Shown in pieces: positions 63,901-64,000 of a stretch of 64,000 bases of DNA. The notes under the pieces are model-generated. The model did not search any database and was not told the origin of the DNA. It worked only from the letters and a program-made list of their open reading frames with translations. Position 1 is the first letter of the stretch, and every line of letters starts with the position of its first letter. The position numbers and the translations under genes are program-made. The DNA lies in assembly GCA_013416795.1 (NCBI GenBank), contig RQSC01000016.1, positions 1 to 64,000 on the forward strand, written 5' to 3'. This stretch comes from Prasinococcaceae sp. CCMP 1430. Lineage: Eukaryota > Plantae > Prasinodermophyta.

Positions 63901-64000
63901 GCTGGTGGGCGAAGGATGTCGGGGGCGGTGCTGTTTCGAAGCGCGGTGCGTTTCGCATTGGCTCGCACGGCTCGCTCGCGGTGCACACGGTGGACACGCT
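60960..64000 (+). CDS. Large secreted or surface Cys-repeat protein (>1013 aa, runs off the window end)
   Basis: I translated it by hand: no stop from ATG 60960 to 64000. Signal peptide (RALALALVAALPALLPLW) and about 13 DxC(G/C)xC units, many followed by CxGCDGxPxSG. Confidence 0.88.
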   Translation, partial: MRSRAASRTRALALALVAALPALLPLWPRDSPALLVAHAANVPILTSTGSGFVYNDFEDDPSVAAVGLGLVFAGDAAYYSRRLDACGVCSGDNSTCEGCDGVPLSGAVYDACGDCLLPRDKAFNTSCADCAGEPNGPLRIDLCGECHEPADATVFSMSCAGCDGVANSGKTNDDCGVCDGDAFAGTGRSYRGHPDDELPYKCLDCADVPHGHNYVDLCCGCVSETQAGDRPMGDIAPEPPPAHAHALALFRHAAELLANATALESTWRAHHDATLGYDGEEPNSYATLPLVEAYTAAREAFESAWGVVYSDEADDNSTCYAEAFVLLNSTEPPRDICGVCGGDNATCLGCDGLPLPYGEGLMVDDCGVCGGENGALDDCGVCFGGNSTCRGCDGMPNSGMLIDACGQCLDPRDPTFDSSCAGCDGVPNSGAVIDDCGVCAVPGTDAFNAGCTGCDGVAHSGLVYDACCECGGNATVDSECYTLILEEQERQLNSVIPWTDALNITRNLPLLHVTMGDQSEPSSIQGQPYDACGVCFGDSRSCLGCDGVPASSALVDACGVCAGNCSACVPRCAEQDCVFVGPDGAGEAACEIYAPPVPELAERERKDWVVVLYNREFGPFSIEELEIGAIMAVNPVNKEPVMHSLTPETMVGHLYREERTTQVTYGNASQQASQPQAWSKFYDLDANPVAEDGTRIGGRQTDPSTCTLQCLEYACKVPESEWSGSTCPELDFSISRCVTSGAECIIGNGLRCDEVKYSWLTAAQQAAVWARPEMNQNPVEWFDGERCGHLSALGGVGAAELGCDGTLTSPCSDRWLEDIVENVVTITQIETHLYHGGYLPMSVMPGLERVVYDACTGASSRAGVHELHGKRTGINDLGLLTLAPNLTAFGGALAMGAHDMDWNPDERYIYDVVETWHDLSCTCSATWVFKDSEPIPPTCPRAWRSWEEWEDYDNVFVADNRRYEYSAVRSLSRGSWKVSGGWWAKDVGGGAVSKRGAFRIGSHGSLAVHTVDT

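Noticed and set aside
106-63997. Hundreds of Arg/Ala/Pro-rich overlapping and antisense ORFs
   Set aside because: Expected shadow ORFs in very GC-rich DNA with few stop codons. They show no domain motifs and overlap well-supported genes.

Overview
This is a eukaryotic nuclear window from a very GC-rich, compact genome. A green alga of prasinophyte or early-diverging grade is the best inference: the plant-type SAM carrier, double-ACT AHAS small subunit, plastid-type peptide deformylase and TGTAA motifs in 3' regions all point that way. I support about 28 protein-coding genes, with short GT-AG introns (about 90-330 nt) and near-strict strand alternation. There are four N-gaps and two single-N joins, all upstream of genes. 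I saw no rRNA, tRNA, CRISPR array or transposon. Recognisable genes: SDA1, UTP5/WDR43, asparagine synthetase, TPP2, a Nudix hydrolase, ABITRAM, an acyl-CoA ligase, SUMO, a GT29 enzyme, AHAS small subunit, RPS29, thioredoxin h, peptide deformylase, a GH18 protein, a DHHC acyltransferase, an R3H/G-patch protein and SEC3. Most notable: (1) a LysM exon spliced in frame onto a SAMC1-type carrier; (2) a Venus-flytrap/TM/kinase/class III cyclase receptor with an intact kinase and atypical cyclase specificity residues; (3) an EF-hand protein with ten 48-aa repeats; (4) an in-frame TAG where the protein's own repeats predict Gln; (5) a >1000-aa secreted Cys-repeat protein missing from the ORF track; (6) a (TTAGGG)13 array inside an intron. 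All family assignments come from motifs I recognised by eye; no database search was run.
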